Position numbers and translations under genes: made by a program. Positions 12,690 to 25,144 of a stretch of DNA of 64,000 nt are shown piece by piece (the stretch's first letter is position 1; each line of letters begins with the position of its first letter). The stretch is from Hemiscyllium ocellatum (taxonomy: Eukaryota). Location: positions 6,417,201-6,481,200 of the forward strand of contig NC_083435.1 of assembly GCF_020745735.1 (NCBI RefSeq). The letters run 5' to 3'. The notes under the pieces are model-generated. The model did not search any database and had not been told where the DNA came from. It saw nothing but the letters and a program-made list of their open reading frames with translations.

Positions 12690-13568
12690 ACTGAGGTTCT
12701 ACCTGTCCCCGGTGTTGGGAAGGATGGGCCTGGCCTCACTGCTGTGGAATGCTCCAAGTAGTTGGACTGTTCCCCATCACTGTCCGTCATGGAGACATTT
12801 ACAAAGAGAAACAGCTTTCACCACAATCCATCAGGAAGTGGTCAGTACATAACATCCTTGATACCCTGAGGGAAAAGGAGAGGCTGGATCCTGTCGTGGT
12901 GAGAGAGGGCACCTGTGAGATCCTTCATGTATACCCAGTCGGTCTGTGTCACCACATGCTGCCCTCGAAGTGGCTGCAGGGAGGAGAGACTGTCACACAT
13001 CTCCTTCTGGAAAGGGCCTTTGTAAAGGAAGGCTGGAGGAAGATGCAGTGGTTTGTGTCGAGGTCCATCCAGAGCAGCTCCATGATGCGGGACTCTGTGC
13101 TCTATGGTCTGTTCCCCGAGGGACACACCGAGACAAACAGTGACTGTGCCTGGAGGACCATCAACTCAGTGAAAGATGCTCTTTGGTCCTCCCAAAACTT
13201 GTTGGTCTTCCAAACAGAGAGTTGACCTTGACCGACTGTTGCAGACTGGGACATTCCAAGGCCCAGGACTACGTGCTGAGGGACACATTAAACCTTGGGG
13301 CAGCTGCCGCCCAGGCACAGTGGGGAAAGACCACTGTCTGAGGGCTTTCTATTGAAGTGAATCCGTTCAGTTATCAGTCCTTCCTGGTGCCTCAAATGGA
13401 TGTAAATCTAGTCTTGGACAAGTCACAACTGCCTTTGGTTTGTTTGGTGGATAGAGTCAAGCTCCAATGTTTGTTGTTTCTCCATATGTGACTGGACAGA
13501 ACCAATCTGCTTTACTGCCTGTGTATATAAAGGTAGCTTTATGAATAAAGTATATTTTTGAAATTAAA
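12690..13568 (+). mobile_element. Tx1/L1-clade non-LTR retrotransposon 3' fragment, inserted in a decayed Deu-type SINE
   Basis: Encodes GGETVTHLLLE(R)AF...WRTINSVKDALW...NLLVFQ, resembling the C-terminal zinc-knuckle region of Tx1 ORF2. Ends in aataaa plus an A/T-rich tail. Deu-like SINE halves lie at about 12600-12670 and 13580-13650. Confidence 0.65.
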
Positions 13569-13667
13569 ATAACAATGAACTGAGTAGATCCCAAGAGGAA
13601 CACTGGGGTTCTCCCTGTGTCCTGGTCAACATTTATCCCTCAGCCCACACTGGCACCGCAGACGGTG

Positions 13668-13862
13668 GTGTTGCCATAGTCTTTACCAGACCATAGGGCT
13701 GCTCCCTCATTGGGGAGAAATGACTGGTGGTGATTACCCTGCGGGTCATCATACCTCAGACAAGGGGAGAGGTTGGGAAGGAGGATCCTTCATGGTAACC
13801 TCAGACAGTGATGGGAATTGAACCCTTGCTGTTGGTATCACACTGCTTCACAAACCGCCCCC
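13668..13862 (-). mobile_element. tRNA-derived SINE
   Basis: B-box-like gggttcaattccc on the minus strand, in a short element. Confidence 0.5.
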
Positions 13863-14501
13863 TTCAGCATTTCAATACACAACAGAGAATTACCTACATT
13901 AAGTTCTCAGGGGCTCACTGAACACAGTGGAAATTACAGAAAATCATATTGATTCTGATATAAATGGTTGTCATGTGGGGACACACCCCTCCCATTGTCT
14001 GAACATTTCACTATTTAACTGCTGAGAGAAAGCTCGATCTGTCTGTGTATCTGAGCCTGTGGAGAGTTCTCTCTCCTGGACAGAACCATTCCTGTTCCAG
14101 CCAGGGACACTGTAAACATGTTACAGCCTGGCTGGTCCCTGCACTGTAGGTCCCAGAGTCTGATCAGCAGCTGGACTGGAAATGTACCCTCAGGGGAGAA
14201 TGGTCTGACCGTCCTGAGGGTTTCTCACTCCTTATGAAACTGATTTTCCTCATGGTTTCAGCCCATTACAATGTTCCCCTGTAATATTTCCCTGGAGTGG
14301 ACACACTCCAGATTGTGTCATTTCCATGTTAAAGACAGCAGTTCGTGCTCTTGGGTGTGAGACAGAGAAAACCCAATGTCCCAGGTCACTGGTGTGCTGT
14401 TACTCAGTGAGGTTTATACTCTACATTTTAAGGATAGAATCTGCAATTCATCAAGACAATCTCAAAGAAAAGAGGCAAAGGAAAGAAAAATAAATAGTTA
14501 C

Positions 14502-14735
14502 TGTTAAAAATGTGATGCTGTCCTGTTCCCTCAGCTCTTGTTCAATATCCTGAACAGTGACTGAAAGGGATGAGATTTCCTCTGTTATCTTTGCAATCCT
14601 CTCCTTCATCTCCTGACTGTGTTCCTCTTTTTCCAGTTTCAGATCTTCCAACACAATCCTCTCTTCCTCACGGAGAAACTGATGAAGTTTTTCAAATTCA
14701 GTTTTAATTTGTTTCTCTGTTTTTACGCCTTGGTC
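14502..14735 (-). CDS. Gene A exon 3 (234 bp, coiled coil)
   Basis: Bounded by caaag|GAC CAA GGC ... TTT TTA ACA|gtaact. Reads EFEKLHQFLREEE...QDSITFL. Confidence 0.93.
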
Positions 14736-14803
14736 CTTTGGGAAATAATAATCAGATTGAACAAAAACAAATGAAGAGTTTTAAAATGTTGTTCAGCCTG
14801 AGC

Positions 14804-15410
14804 AGTCATAGAGTCATAAAGATGTACAGCACAGAAACAGACCCTTCAGTGAGACCCATCCATGCTGACCAGATATGCAAATTAATCTCATCCCGTTTGC
14901 CAGCACTTGGCCCACATCCCTCCAAACCCTTCTGATTCATCCACCCATCCCCATGTCATTTAAATGTTATTCTTGTACCAGCCTCCACCACTTCCTCTGG
15001 CAGTTCTTTCCATACATGCACCACCCTCTTCACAGGTCCCTTTAAAATCTTTCTCATCTCACCTTAAACCTATGGCCTGCAGTTTCAGCCTTCATGACCC
15101 TAGAGAAAAGACCTGGGCTATTCATCCAATCTCTGCCCCTCATGATTTTATAAACTTCTACAAGGTCATGCCTCAGCCTCCAATGCTCCAGGGAAAACAG
15201 CCCCAGCCTATTCAGCCTCTCCCTTTAACTCAATTCCTCCAACCCTGGCAGCACCTTGTAAATCTTTTCTGAAGCCTTTCTCATTTCACAGCATCTTTCC
15301 TGCAGCAGGGAGACCAGAAATGAATTCCAGCAGTATTCCAGAAATGGTATAACTAATGTTCTGTACAGTCGCAACATGACCTCCTAGCTCCTGTACCCAA
15401 TGCACTGTTC
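14804..15410 (-). mobile_element. CR1-type LINE 3' fragment
   Basis: Reverse complement of the same tail and ORF2 end seen at 2176-2882. Confidence 0.8.
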
Positions 15411-15609
15411 ATGTCTGACTCATATCAGTAAATTATTAAAACTTTCCCAATCTGATCAAATCCATGATGTGGAGAAACATCTTCTCTGGATCCACATTTT
15501 CAAATCCTATTAGAATTTTTAAAAATTCTAACAGATTAGCCTCAGTCTTCTCTTTTCCAAAGAAATGACTCACAACCTGTTCAATCATTCCTAAAAGTGC
15601 TAAATTCTG

Positions 15610-15990
15610 ATAGAACATAGAACCATACAGCCAGTACAGACCCTTCGGCCCTCGATATTGCACCGACCTGTGAAACCAATCTGAAGCCCATCTAACCTAT
15701 ACTATTCCATTTTCATACATATGTGTATCCAATAATCATTTAAATGCCCTTAAAGTTGGCGAGTCTCCTACAGCTGTAGGCAGACCATTCCATGCCCCAA
15801 CTATTCTCTGAGTAAAGGAACAATTTCTGATATCTGTCCTATATTTATCACCCCTCACTTTAAAGTTATGTCTTCTTGTGCTAGCCATCACCGTCTGAGG
15901 AAAAAGGCCTCACCGTCCTGCCTATCTAACCCTCTGATTATCTTACATGTCTCAATTAAGTCACCTCTCAACCTTCTTCTCTCTCATGAA
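15610..15990 (-). mobile_element. CR1-type LINE 3' fragment (atagaac-tail subfamily)
   Basis: Has a tagaacatagaac tail and resembles the element at 24436-25035. Confidence 0.75.
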
Positions 15991-16110
15991 AATATCCAGG
16001 TTAGTTCATGCAATATCTATTTGTAATATGGAGACTGGAATTCTGCACAGTGCAATTCTGAATGGTTACAATTCTGTACAAAATATAGAACAAAGTAAGA
16101 TCATAAGTAC

Positions 16111-16206
16111 CTGAATGTGGGACAATGTTTTCTCATAATCACTTTTGACAGTTTCACATTCCTTCTTCTTCTCCTGAATTGGCTTCAGGGAGGTTTCCAG
16201 TTCCTC
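16111..16206 (-). CDS. Gene A exon 2 (96 bp, start of coiled coil)
   Basis: Bounded by gttcag|GAG GAA CTG ... CAC ATT CAG|gtactt. Reads EELETSLKPIQEKKKECETVKSDYEKTLSHIQ. Canonical 96-bp TRIM exon, absent from the ORF track. Confidence 0.92.
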
Positions 16207-17176
16207 CTGAACAAAACCATCAATTAATTAGCACATTTTCAGAAATACATCCCCCAAAAATGAAACATCATCAAATTGAAATTCATATTGGCACAGACTT
16301 GGGATGATTGGGGAAATGATTAAATCAAGTGTGAGAAAAACATTCAGTCAATGACTGACATTTGTCTGGAATTTGCGGCCTAGTTTGATTGTGGAGGCAT
16401 GAGAGATGTTGTAACCTGCAAGACTATGGGTCAGGGCCTGGACGGTGGGATCAGTATGGGTGGCTAGTGTTTAAATTTGTATTTACACTGATTCAGAAAT
16501 GATCAGCTGAATAGCCTCTTCCTGCCATTACTTTCTCTGGTTTTATCAAATGAAGGCCATAAAAGTACAAATGTTGCTTCATGGTGTTCGGTGTAACAAA
16601 CAGAGCCAGAGAAGTGGCCAATGAAATTTACTCTGGAGAAGTGTAAGGTGATGCATTTGCAGAGAGTACACAATGACAGGTCAGATACTGAGAGGTGTAG
16701 AGGCACAGAAGGACTTTGAAGAATATGTCCACAGATTCCTGCAGGTAGCAACACAGCAAGGTAAGGCTATTAAAGAGACAGATGGAATCTTTATTTTATG
16801 GCCAGTGTATAAACTGTAAGAACAGGATGTGTACATTTAATTGTAGAAATTATTAATAAGGCCACAGCTACAACACTGAACCCCGTTCTGCTCATCACAT
16901 TACAGGAAGGATGGGCCCACGCCACAGCAGTGTGTTCCCATGGTGAATTGTACACATAAGGAAAGATGAAATAAACCAGGCTGTTTCCTTCGGGAGGGGG
17001 TTGTACAAAATTAAGAGAGGCGCCGTGAGAAATTGGATAGGAAGAACATAACTTCCTAAGTAATGATTTCATTGATCGAGTTAGTGGAATTGCTAAAACA
17101 CTTGAGGGGAACTGAGAAATCTTTTCACAGGGTTCACTGCCTGAAAGGGTGAGAGAGACAGAAACACTTGTCACAG

Positions 17177-17781
17177 TGTGACAATGCTGTCACTTTAAGA
17201 GTTATTTTGTCCTTTCTTTTGAAGAGAGGTTGTAAGGCAGAGATACAGAACTGGCTGCTGAAGACCTTGTGAGCTTGGGGTCATTGGGTTTTTTTTCACA
17301 GGCTGAATGGGTGTGGCCAGATCTCATATTTCTGGGTTTTGGTTTTTCCAGTAACATTTGATGATATTAGGGTCTCAAAAGAAGCTTCAGTCAATGTCTC
17401 TTTGCTGCTCCTCTCTCTGAATCTTCTCTTGATGTTTTTTCCTCATAAATTAGAGAACCGCATGAGAGAATCTGTGTCTGAATTTTCCTTTGTTCCAAGG
17501 GGTGTGTTTAGGGATGTTCTTGTATTAGAGCAGTTAATTAGTAATAGTTGCTGCATGGATTATTTGGTTAAGTTTTCCAACAGTTAAGTTATTCTAAATG
17601 ACTCTTTCTTTGGTTGTATTTTAACGACAGTGTTTCAATAAGTTGTATTTTGCTGAATGTCAAGTAGTTTGATCAGTTGTATCAGATCTTTTACAAATTT
17701 AATTGCCTTTAAATTTTGAAAATGTTTGGGTCTGGGCTATATTCTTAAAATGTTTGGAGGGGTCTGGTCTGGTCCACAACA
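17177..17781 (+). mobile_element. Solo-LTR-like element inside a decayed CR1
   Basis: TGT...ACA termini with imperfect 4-bp flanks acag/acat. The CR1 sequence resumes after it. A related copy lies at about 27195-27977. Confidence 0.55.
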
Positions 17782-20700
17782 ACATTTAAAACATTTTCCA
17801 AGGCTCCAGGACAGAAGCTGGAAAGTGGGATCAGGACTGATGGCTCTTTATCTGCCAGCACAGATACAATAGGCTGAGCAGACACATTGGAGCTGGAGTA
17901 GGCCATTCAGTCCCTCAGGCCATGCTGTGCCATTCTAGATCAGGGCTGATCATCTACATCAGTCCCTTTTCCTGCACTAACCCCATATCCCCTTGATCCC
18001 TTCACTCTCTAGAAATAGCTGGATCTCTGTCTTGAACATACTCAGTGACTGACCTGCCACAGGTCTCTGGGGTCAAGAATTCCCAAACTTCACCACCATC
18101 TGAATGGTCTCCCTCTGTGCTGTAAATGTTTGTGTTTCTATGGTTGTTGATGGTGTCTTCTGTCCCTGGTTCATGGGGTTTCTGAGGAATTTCATTCCCA
18201 TATGTCCCTCGTCTGCCTGACACCAGGCTCCCTGCACTAACAACTCTACTCACAACTCGGTCCCAGCAGGAGACTCCCAGGAGGACAGCAAGACTCCAGC
18301 CTGGGAGTAGTCACTGTCACAGCAGACTTCTCCAGTGGGTTATGGAGCAGTAAAGGGAGGCAGCAGGTCCAGGGCTAATCGCCTGTCCAAGTGAGGCAGT
18401 CAGGCTGGCTAAAGGCACAGATGTGGCCTGAGACAGACAGGAGGGGGTTAATACAATAGGGGTGTGAAATGAAAAGGGCCAGACAATGGTGGGAAGGGGG
18501 AAAGGCAGGGACAGGGAAGAAAACTTAAAGGATGTGGTTGGAGAGGGTTGGAAGATGCAGAAAGGAGAGTGACAGTGATGGGGACATGGGGTGGGGGGGG
18601 GGGCGGCAAGGAAAGGTGAGAGTTACATGTTCAGAGTGCGGAACTGAATGTGACAATGAGGGTGTTGGTGAGTGTGAGGGAGTAGGGGAGTTGGACAAGG
18701 GGGAGTGTCAGGGTTAGGCTGGAGTAGGGAGCTGGATGGGTCTGGGCTCGGAGGTCAATGAAAATTCTGAAATAAGCACAGTGACCTGGGGGAGAGGAGC
18801 ATAGCAGAGGGTGGGGAACAGAGGAAAGGATCAGATCATCAAGTATTGTTGGGGAAGTTAGAGGGGGAGGATTCATGTTGAAGGATTACAGTGAGAATTA
18901 AAGATTCACCATCTTCTCAGCACCTTCAAGATAATGTCCTTCACAGAGAACGCATTGGGGCGAAGGGGGAGAGACCTCAGCCTTGGAGGCTCAGTTAATG
19001 TACAGCTACAACATCGCAAACTGAATGTAAACTGGACATTGTCTAAGTAATAAGCTATAGACTGAAGGCTCATGTGAAGTGCTCACTAAACACCGCCATG
19101 GGATAGACTGTCAGAACCCTGAACTCCCAGCCAGGGCTCTCAATGCAGTGAGCTCCCTCTGAGGGGTAACTCCCATGCAGCAGCTTTGGGTGGATGGAGG
19201 GAGGGAGGAGGAGGCTTGGCAGTGCTTGCATGTGAAGCCATGCAGGAGCCTACACTGCCCCGGGACTCTGGATCAGGAGGAGATGGAGATGGATCCCTTA
19301 TACATGTTACTCTTTCCCAGGTTACAGGGCTGGGTCACTGGGACAGTGAGAGTCAGAGTGAGCTACGTGCCACATACATGGAATGCACTGTCCTGGTCAA
19401 GGTTACAACCTCCTTTCACATGGCAGAGTGAGGAAGAGGAGAAGCAGTCATGGGGCGTACAGGATGGGCCGCTCCATGTTGAGGAGGGGGCAGGGCAGGC
19501 TCTCACTCACCATGTGAGCAGCCTGAGAATATCCCAAAGGTTAGGGTGCTGAGGTCAACTGTCCTGAGGAGACTGCACTGTCAGCCATGGAGACCAGCTT
19601 CCTCCTGCTTCCCCCATCCGTCTGTCTGATCTGGGACCAGGAAACTGTTCTCACCTGGTACATGGCACTTGGCCTATCTGCATATTGTGATCATGTCTGA
19701 TATCTGAACTCTTGCTTCTTAATAAATGTCATAAATCTATCTTGGCAAGTTCTGAACCATTTGCTTTGGATAATTGGAGCCTCCTGAATGTTAAAACTTC
19801 CATGTACTTGTTTTAAAACCTCTCCCTGGCCTTGTCTTCCCCATTTCTCTGCAATCTCCTTCAGCCTCACAATCCTATTAGACACCTGCTCTCATCAACT
19901 TCTGAAAATCCCTGATTTTCATCGCTCCCTCATTGGTGGCTGTACCATTAGCAGTCTAGGCCTGAGCTTCTGGAAAGTTCTCCCAAAGTCTCTTCACCTT
20001 TCCCTCTCTCTCGCTCCCTCTCCCTCTCTCTCTCTCTCTCTCCCCCTCAGGAGGATAAACCTCTCCCTGTTTGACCAAGCTTCTGGCCATGGCCCTCATG
20101 TCACCTGATGTGGTTTGGTGTCTAAGTTCACTTCATAAACTTCCCTTCAAGGGCCCTTGCAAGTTTTATGACATCAAAAAACACCCATAAAATATAAGTT
20201 TTCATTGTTGTTCTAAAGTAAAAAAATTCATCTAATTACGAAGAATTACGAAAGCTGAATCTCTGAATGTTCCCTGTTCAGGATTCCATTCCCTGTTTTC
20301 ATCACCTACTCTTATCTAACTCTGGCCTCTTGAACACCCCCATTTTAATCACTCCCCCATCGGTGTCTCCACCTTTTGCATTGCAGGCCCTGAGCCTCTG
20401 CAATGTTCTCTCTCAGCCTCTCACTCTCGTCCCCTCTCTTCTTTCTCTTTCAGGAAGATAAACTTCTCCCTCTTTTACCAAGCTTCTGACCATTGTTCTA
20501 ACATCACCTGATGTGACTCAGGGTTTAATGTAATTTTAGAACAGACCCCTGAAAAGCATTAAGATCTTTTATGAGATTAAAAGCATTGGATACTTATAAG
20601 AATTTGTGCTCGCTGTAAACTGAAGATCAATCGAAAGTGAATCTTTGACCCTCTGTGGTTTAACGGAAGGAAAAAGATTCACAAAGTCGTTGAAAAATAA

Positions 20701-20795
20701 TCATTGTGAGACACTCAAACCTGAATCTCTGAATGTTCCCTGGTCACGATTCCATTCTCTGTCCCTGTATTTTATTTTACTCAGTGTCTCCTCAC

Positions 20796-21170
20796 CTTAA
20801 ACTCTTCAGCAGCTTCTTCCACTGGCAGCACCTCGTGGTTTTGATGACCTTTTGAAATCTGACAAACAAGACAGATGAGCTGATTATCAGTTTTACAGAA
20901 AATCTTCAGTTTCTCCTTGTGTCGGCTGCATTCCTGCAGAATTTCACCACCTCCACCGCTTTTTACAAATGATTCCACAATGTTGCAGAGAGTGCGGTGG
21001 GATCTCAGGGTCCTGGAGGAAGTCTCCTTTCTACAGACAGGACAGCAGGCAGTGTCAGCTTTCTCCCAGTACTGGGTCACACAGGATCGACAGAAGCTGT
21101 GATCACAGTCAAGTAAGACAGGATCTTTATACAGATCATGGCAAACAGCACAGGAAAGATCAGCTTCCAT
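20796..21170 (-). CDS. Gene A exon 1: RING (C3HC4) and B-box2
   Basis: Reads MEADLSCAVC...CDHSFCRSC...CPVC and CSRH...CKTD...CLVC...HQNH...EEFK|gtgagg. Kozak context acgATGG. Confidence 0.95.
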
Positions 21171-21232
21171 CGTGAAGGATTAATCTCTGTGCTCTGTGCT
21201 CAAAGTAAAATGGTGATCAGTGTTCAGTGAAA

Positions 21233-21251
21233 TACTTTCAGTTTCATTTCC
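21233..21251 (-). promoter_or_regulatory. ISRE/IRF-E element upstream of gene A
   Basis: The gene strand reads GGAAATGAAACTGAAAGTA, three GAAA half-sites including GAAANNGAAA, 63-81 bp before the ATG. Confidence 0.7.
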
Positions 21252-21835
21252 TGATTCGAGCAGCAACATTATAAAACAGATTCCAGAAAAAGGCAGGACA
21301 AGGTAGGAAGCTAAACAGATCACAGATAAACAAGATTGGTTCATTAATTTTTAACCAGCGAATCAGTCTGCTTTGCTGGTCTGACTTTGTTTCTGGTCAG
21401 TAAAAATATCAACATGTTTTCATGTTATTCTTAAGGAGGACAAAGACAGAGCAGCTAATCTGGAGAGGAGGGCTTTATACTGTGTTCCCACAGGAGTCTG
21501 ATTACAGCAGGAGTGTCATCGTGTCACAGAGTGAGGGTAACTGAAGGAAATTATTACAGTGTAAATAAGACAACAGTTTACTTTTACTATGGAGTGAAAT
21601 ATCAAAGGTTTGTGAAACAGAGATGATGGGTATTAACCTGCACAGTGTAGTGGACTGTTTGTAAACATTATGGGAGGAATCTGATTGGGGTCCAAATGAC
21701 AGGGACTATGACAGGAAATCTGGGGAAATCATGTGAAAATCCAGTGAGCCTTTCTCCATGTCAGGAACAAGAAGTCACATTTTGAGTTCCTGACTTTGAA
21801 TTGAGATTCTAGCTTGGGAAGGGTGAAATCTTCGG

Positions 21836-23068
21836 GTAAAAAATGAGGGCTGCAGATGCTGGAGATCACAGCTGAAAATGTGTTGCTGGTTAAAGCACAG
21901 CAGGCCAGGCAGCATCTCAGGAATAGGAAATTCGACGTTTCGGGCAAAAGCCCTTCATCAGGAATGAGGAGAGTCTGCCAAACAGGCTAAGATAAAAGGT
22001 AGGGAGGAGGGACTTGGGGGAGGGGCGATGGAGATGTGATAGGTGGAAGGAGGTCAAGGTGAGGGTGATAGGCTGGAGTGGGGTGGGGGCGGAGAGGTCA
22101 GGAAGAAGAGTGCAGGTTAGGAGGGCGGTGCTGAGTTGAGGGAACCGACTGAGACAAGGTGGGGGAAATGAGGAAACTGGAGAAATCTGAGTTCATTCCT
22201 TGTGGTTGGAGGGTTCCCAGGCGGAAGATGAGGCGCTCCTCCTCCAGTCGTCGTGTTGTTATGTTCTGCCGGTGGAGGAGTCCAAGGACCTGCATGTCCT
22301 CGGTGGAGTGGGAGGGAGAGTTAAAGTGTTGAGCCACGGGGTGGTTGGGTTGGTTGGTCCGGGCGTCCCAGAGGTGTTCTCTGAAGCGTTCCGCAAGTAG
22401 ACGGCCCGTCTCCCCAATATAGAGGAGGCCACATTGGGTGCAGCGAATGCAATAGATGATGTGTGTGGAGGTACAGGTGAACTTGTGGCGGATATGGAAG
22501 GATCCCTTGGGGCCTTGGAGGGAAGTGAGGGAGGAGGTGTGGGCGTATGTTTTACATTTCCTGCGGTTGCAGGGGAAGGTGCCGGGAGTGGAGGTTGGGT
22601 TGGTGGGGGGTGTGGACCTGACGAGGGAGTCACGAAGGGAGTGGTCTTTGCGGAACGCTGATAGGGGAGGGGAGGGAAATATATCCCTGGTGGTGGGGTC
22701 CGTTTGGAGGTTGCGGAAATGACGGCGGATGATACGATGTATACGGAGGTTGGTGGGGTGGTAGGTGAGAACCAGTGGGGTTCTGTCTTGGTGGCGGTTG
22801 GAGGAGCGGGGCTCAAGGGCGGAGGAGCGGGAAGTGGAGGACATGCGGTGGAGGGCATCGTCGATCACTTCTGGGGGGAATCTGCGGTCCTTGAAGAAGG
22901 AGGCCATCTGGGCTGTGCGGTGTTGGAACTGGTCCTCCTGGGAGCAGATGCGGCGGAGACAAAGGAATTGGGAATATGGGATGGAGTTTTTACAGGGGGC
23001 AGGGTGGGAGGAGGTGCAGTCCAGGTAGCTGTGGGAGTCAGTCAGTTTATAGTAGATGTCTGTGTTGA
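21836..23068 (-). mobile_element. Penelope-like retroelement, 3' part (GIY-YIG endonuclease and terminal repeat)
   Basis: ORF 22098-22907 reads IIYCIRCTQCGLLYIGETGR...RFREH...PVAQHFN...LGTLQPQGMN. Confidence 0.9.
21930..21965 (-). ncRNA. Minimal type I hammerhead ribozyme-like motif (family 1)
   Basis: AUUC-CUGAUGA-A-GGGC-UUUU-GCCC-GAAA-CG-UC-GAAU. Core boxes present, with paired stems I and II. Confidence 0.65.
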
Positions 23069-24155
23069 GGGAGATGGAGATGTGATAGGTGGAAGGAGGT
23101 CAAGGTGAGGGTGATAGGCCGGAGTGGGGTGAGAGCGGAGAGGTCAGGAAGAAGATTGCAGGTTAGGAAGGCGGTGCTGAGTTCGAGGGATTCAACTGAG
23201 ACAAGGTGGGGGGAGGGGAAATGAGGAAACTGGAGAAATCTGAGTTCATCCCTTGTGGTTGGAGGGTTCCTAGGTGGAAGATGAGGCGCTCTTCCTCCAA
23301 CTGTCGTGTTGTTATGGTCTGGCGATTGAGGAGTCCAAGGACCTGCATGTCCTTGTTGGAGTGGGAGGGAGAGTTAAAGTGTTGAGCCACGGGGTGGTTG
23401 GGTTGGTTGGTCCTGGTGTTCCAGAGGTATTCTCTAAGACGTTCCGCAAGTAGGCGGCCTGTCTCCCCAGTATAGAGGAGGCCACATCGGGTGCAGCGGA
23501 TGCAATAGATGATGTGTGTGGAGGTGCAGGTGAATTTGTGGCGGATATGGAAGGATCCCTTGGGGCCTTTGAGAGAAGTAAAGGAGGAGGTGTGGGTGCA
23601 AGTTTTGCATTTCTTGCGGTTGCAGGGGAAGGTGCCGGGAGTGGCGGTTGAGTTGGTGGGACCTGACGAGGGAGTCACAGAGGGAGTGGTCTTTTCGGAA
23701 CGCTGATAGGGGAGGGGAGGGAAATATATCCCTGGTGGTGGGGTCTGTTTGGAGTTGGCGGAAATGACAGCGGATGATACTCTGTATATGGAGTTTGGTT
23801 GGGTGGTAGGGAGAACCAGTGGGTTCTGTCCTGGTGGCAGTTGGAGGGATGGGGCTCAAGGGCGGAGGAGCGGGAAGTGGTGGAGATACAGCGGAGGGCA
23901 TCGTCGATCACGTTTGGGGAGAATCTGCGGTCCTTGAAGAAGGAGGCCATCTGGGCTGTGCCGTATTGGAATTGGTCCTCCTGGGAGCAGATGCGGCAGA
24001 GACGAAGGAATTGGGAATATGGGATGGCGTTTTTACAGGAGGCAGGGTGGGAGGAGGTGTAGTCTAGGTAGCTGTGGGAGTCAGTCGGTTTATAGTACCC
24101 GACCTCAAATTCACCTGGAACGTCTCAGACTCCTCCCTCCCATGCCTAGACCTCA
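23069..24155 (-). mobile_element. Second tandem Penelope-like copy (frameshifted), followed by a short inverted RT fragment
   Basis: ORFs 23163-23678 and 23675-23950 repeat the GIY-YIG region. About 24097-24154 on the plus strand reads PDLKFTWNVSDSSLPCLDL, resembling Penelope RT. Confidence 0.85.
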
Positions 24156-24435
24156 TGGTCTTTTCGATGGTTGCCTAGAAACTTCTCTTGTTCTGGCCAA
24201 TCAGGGAGATTCACCTAATAGTTTGATGTGGGGGTGCTGGAGTTCCATAGAATCCCTGCCGTGTAGAAACAGGCCCTTCAACCCAACACTGTCCTTCCAA
24301 AGAGTATCCCAGCCAAACAAATTCCCATTACTCTACGTTTATCCCAGGCTAATGCACCTAACTTACACATCCCTGAACACTACGGACAATTCAGCATGGC
24401 CAATTCACCTAACCTGCGCATCTTTGGATTGTGTG

Positions 24436-25035
24436 AACATAGAACATAGAAAAATACAGCGCAGTACAGGCCCTTCGGCCCTCGATGTTGCGCCAATCCA
24501 AGCCCACCTAACATACACCAGCCCACTATCCTCCATATGTCTATCCAATGCCTGTTTAAATACCCATAAAGAGGGAGAGTCCACCACTGCTACTGGCAGG
24601 GCATTCCATGAACTCACGATTCGCTGAGTAAAGAATCTACCCCTAACATCTGTCCTATACCTACCATCCCTTAATTTAAAGCTATCCCCCCTCATAATAC
24701 CTGACTCCATACGTGGAAAAAGGTTCTCATGGTCAACCCTATCTAAACCCCTAATCATCTTGTACACCTCTATTAAGTCACCCCTAAACCTTCTTTTCTC
24801 CAATGAAAACAGCTCCAAGTGCCTCAGCCTTTCCTCATAGGATCTTCCTACCATACCAGGCAACATCCTGGTAAACCTCCTTTGCACCCGTTCCAGTGCC
24901 TCCACATCCTTCCTATAGTATGGTGACCAAAACTGCACACAATACTCCAGATGCGGCCGCACCAGAGTCTTATACAACTGCAACATGACTTCAGGACTCC
25001 GGAACTCAATTCCTCTACCAATAAAAGCCAGAACA
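24436..25035 (-). mobile_element. Young CR1-type LINE 3' fragment with uninterrupted ORF2 C-terminus
   Basis: Reads LYKTLVRPHLEYCVQFWSPY...ALERVQRRFTRM...RGDLIEVYK...FFTQRIVSSWNALP. Confidence 0.92.
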
Positions 25036-25144
25036 ACCAGAGGAAACCCACACAGGCACGGGAGAATGTGCGAACCCCAACCGACAGTCACCCGAGGCTG
25101 GAACCGAACCTCGGTTTCTGGCGCTGTGAGGCATCAGTGCTAAC

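Noticed and set aside
22098-22907. Domesticated host GIY-YIG nuclease gene
   Set aside because: Several near-identical truncated copies occur in the window with Penelope termini and TSDs, which indicates ordinary transposon fragments.
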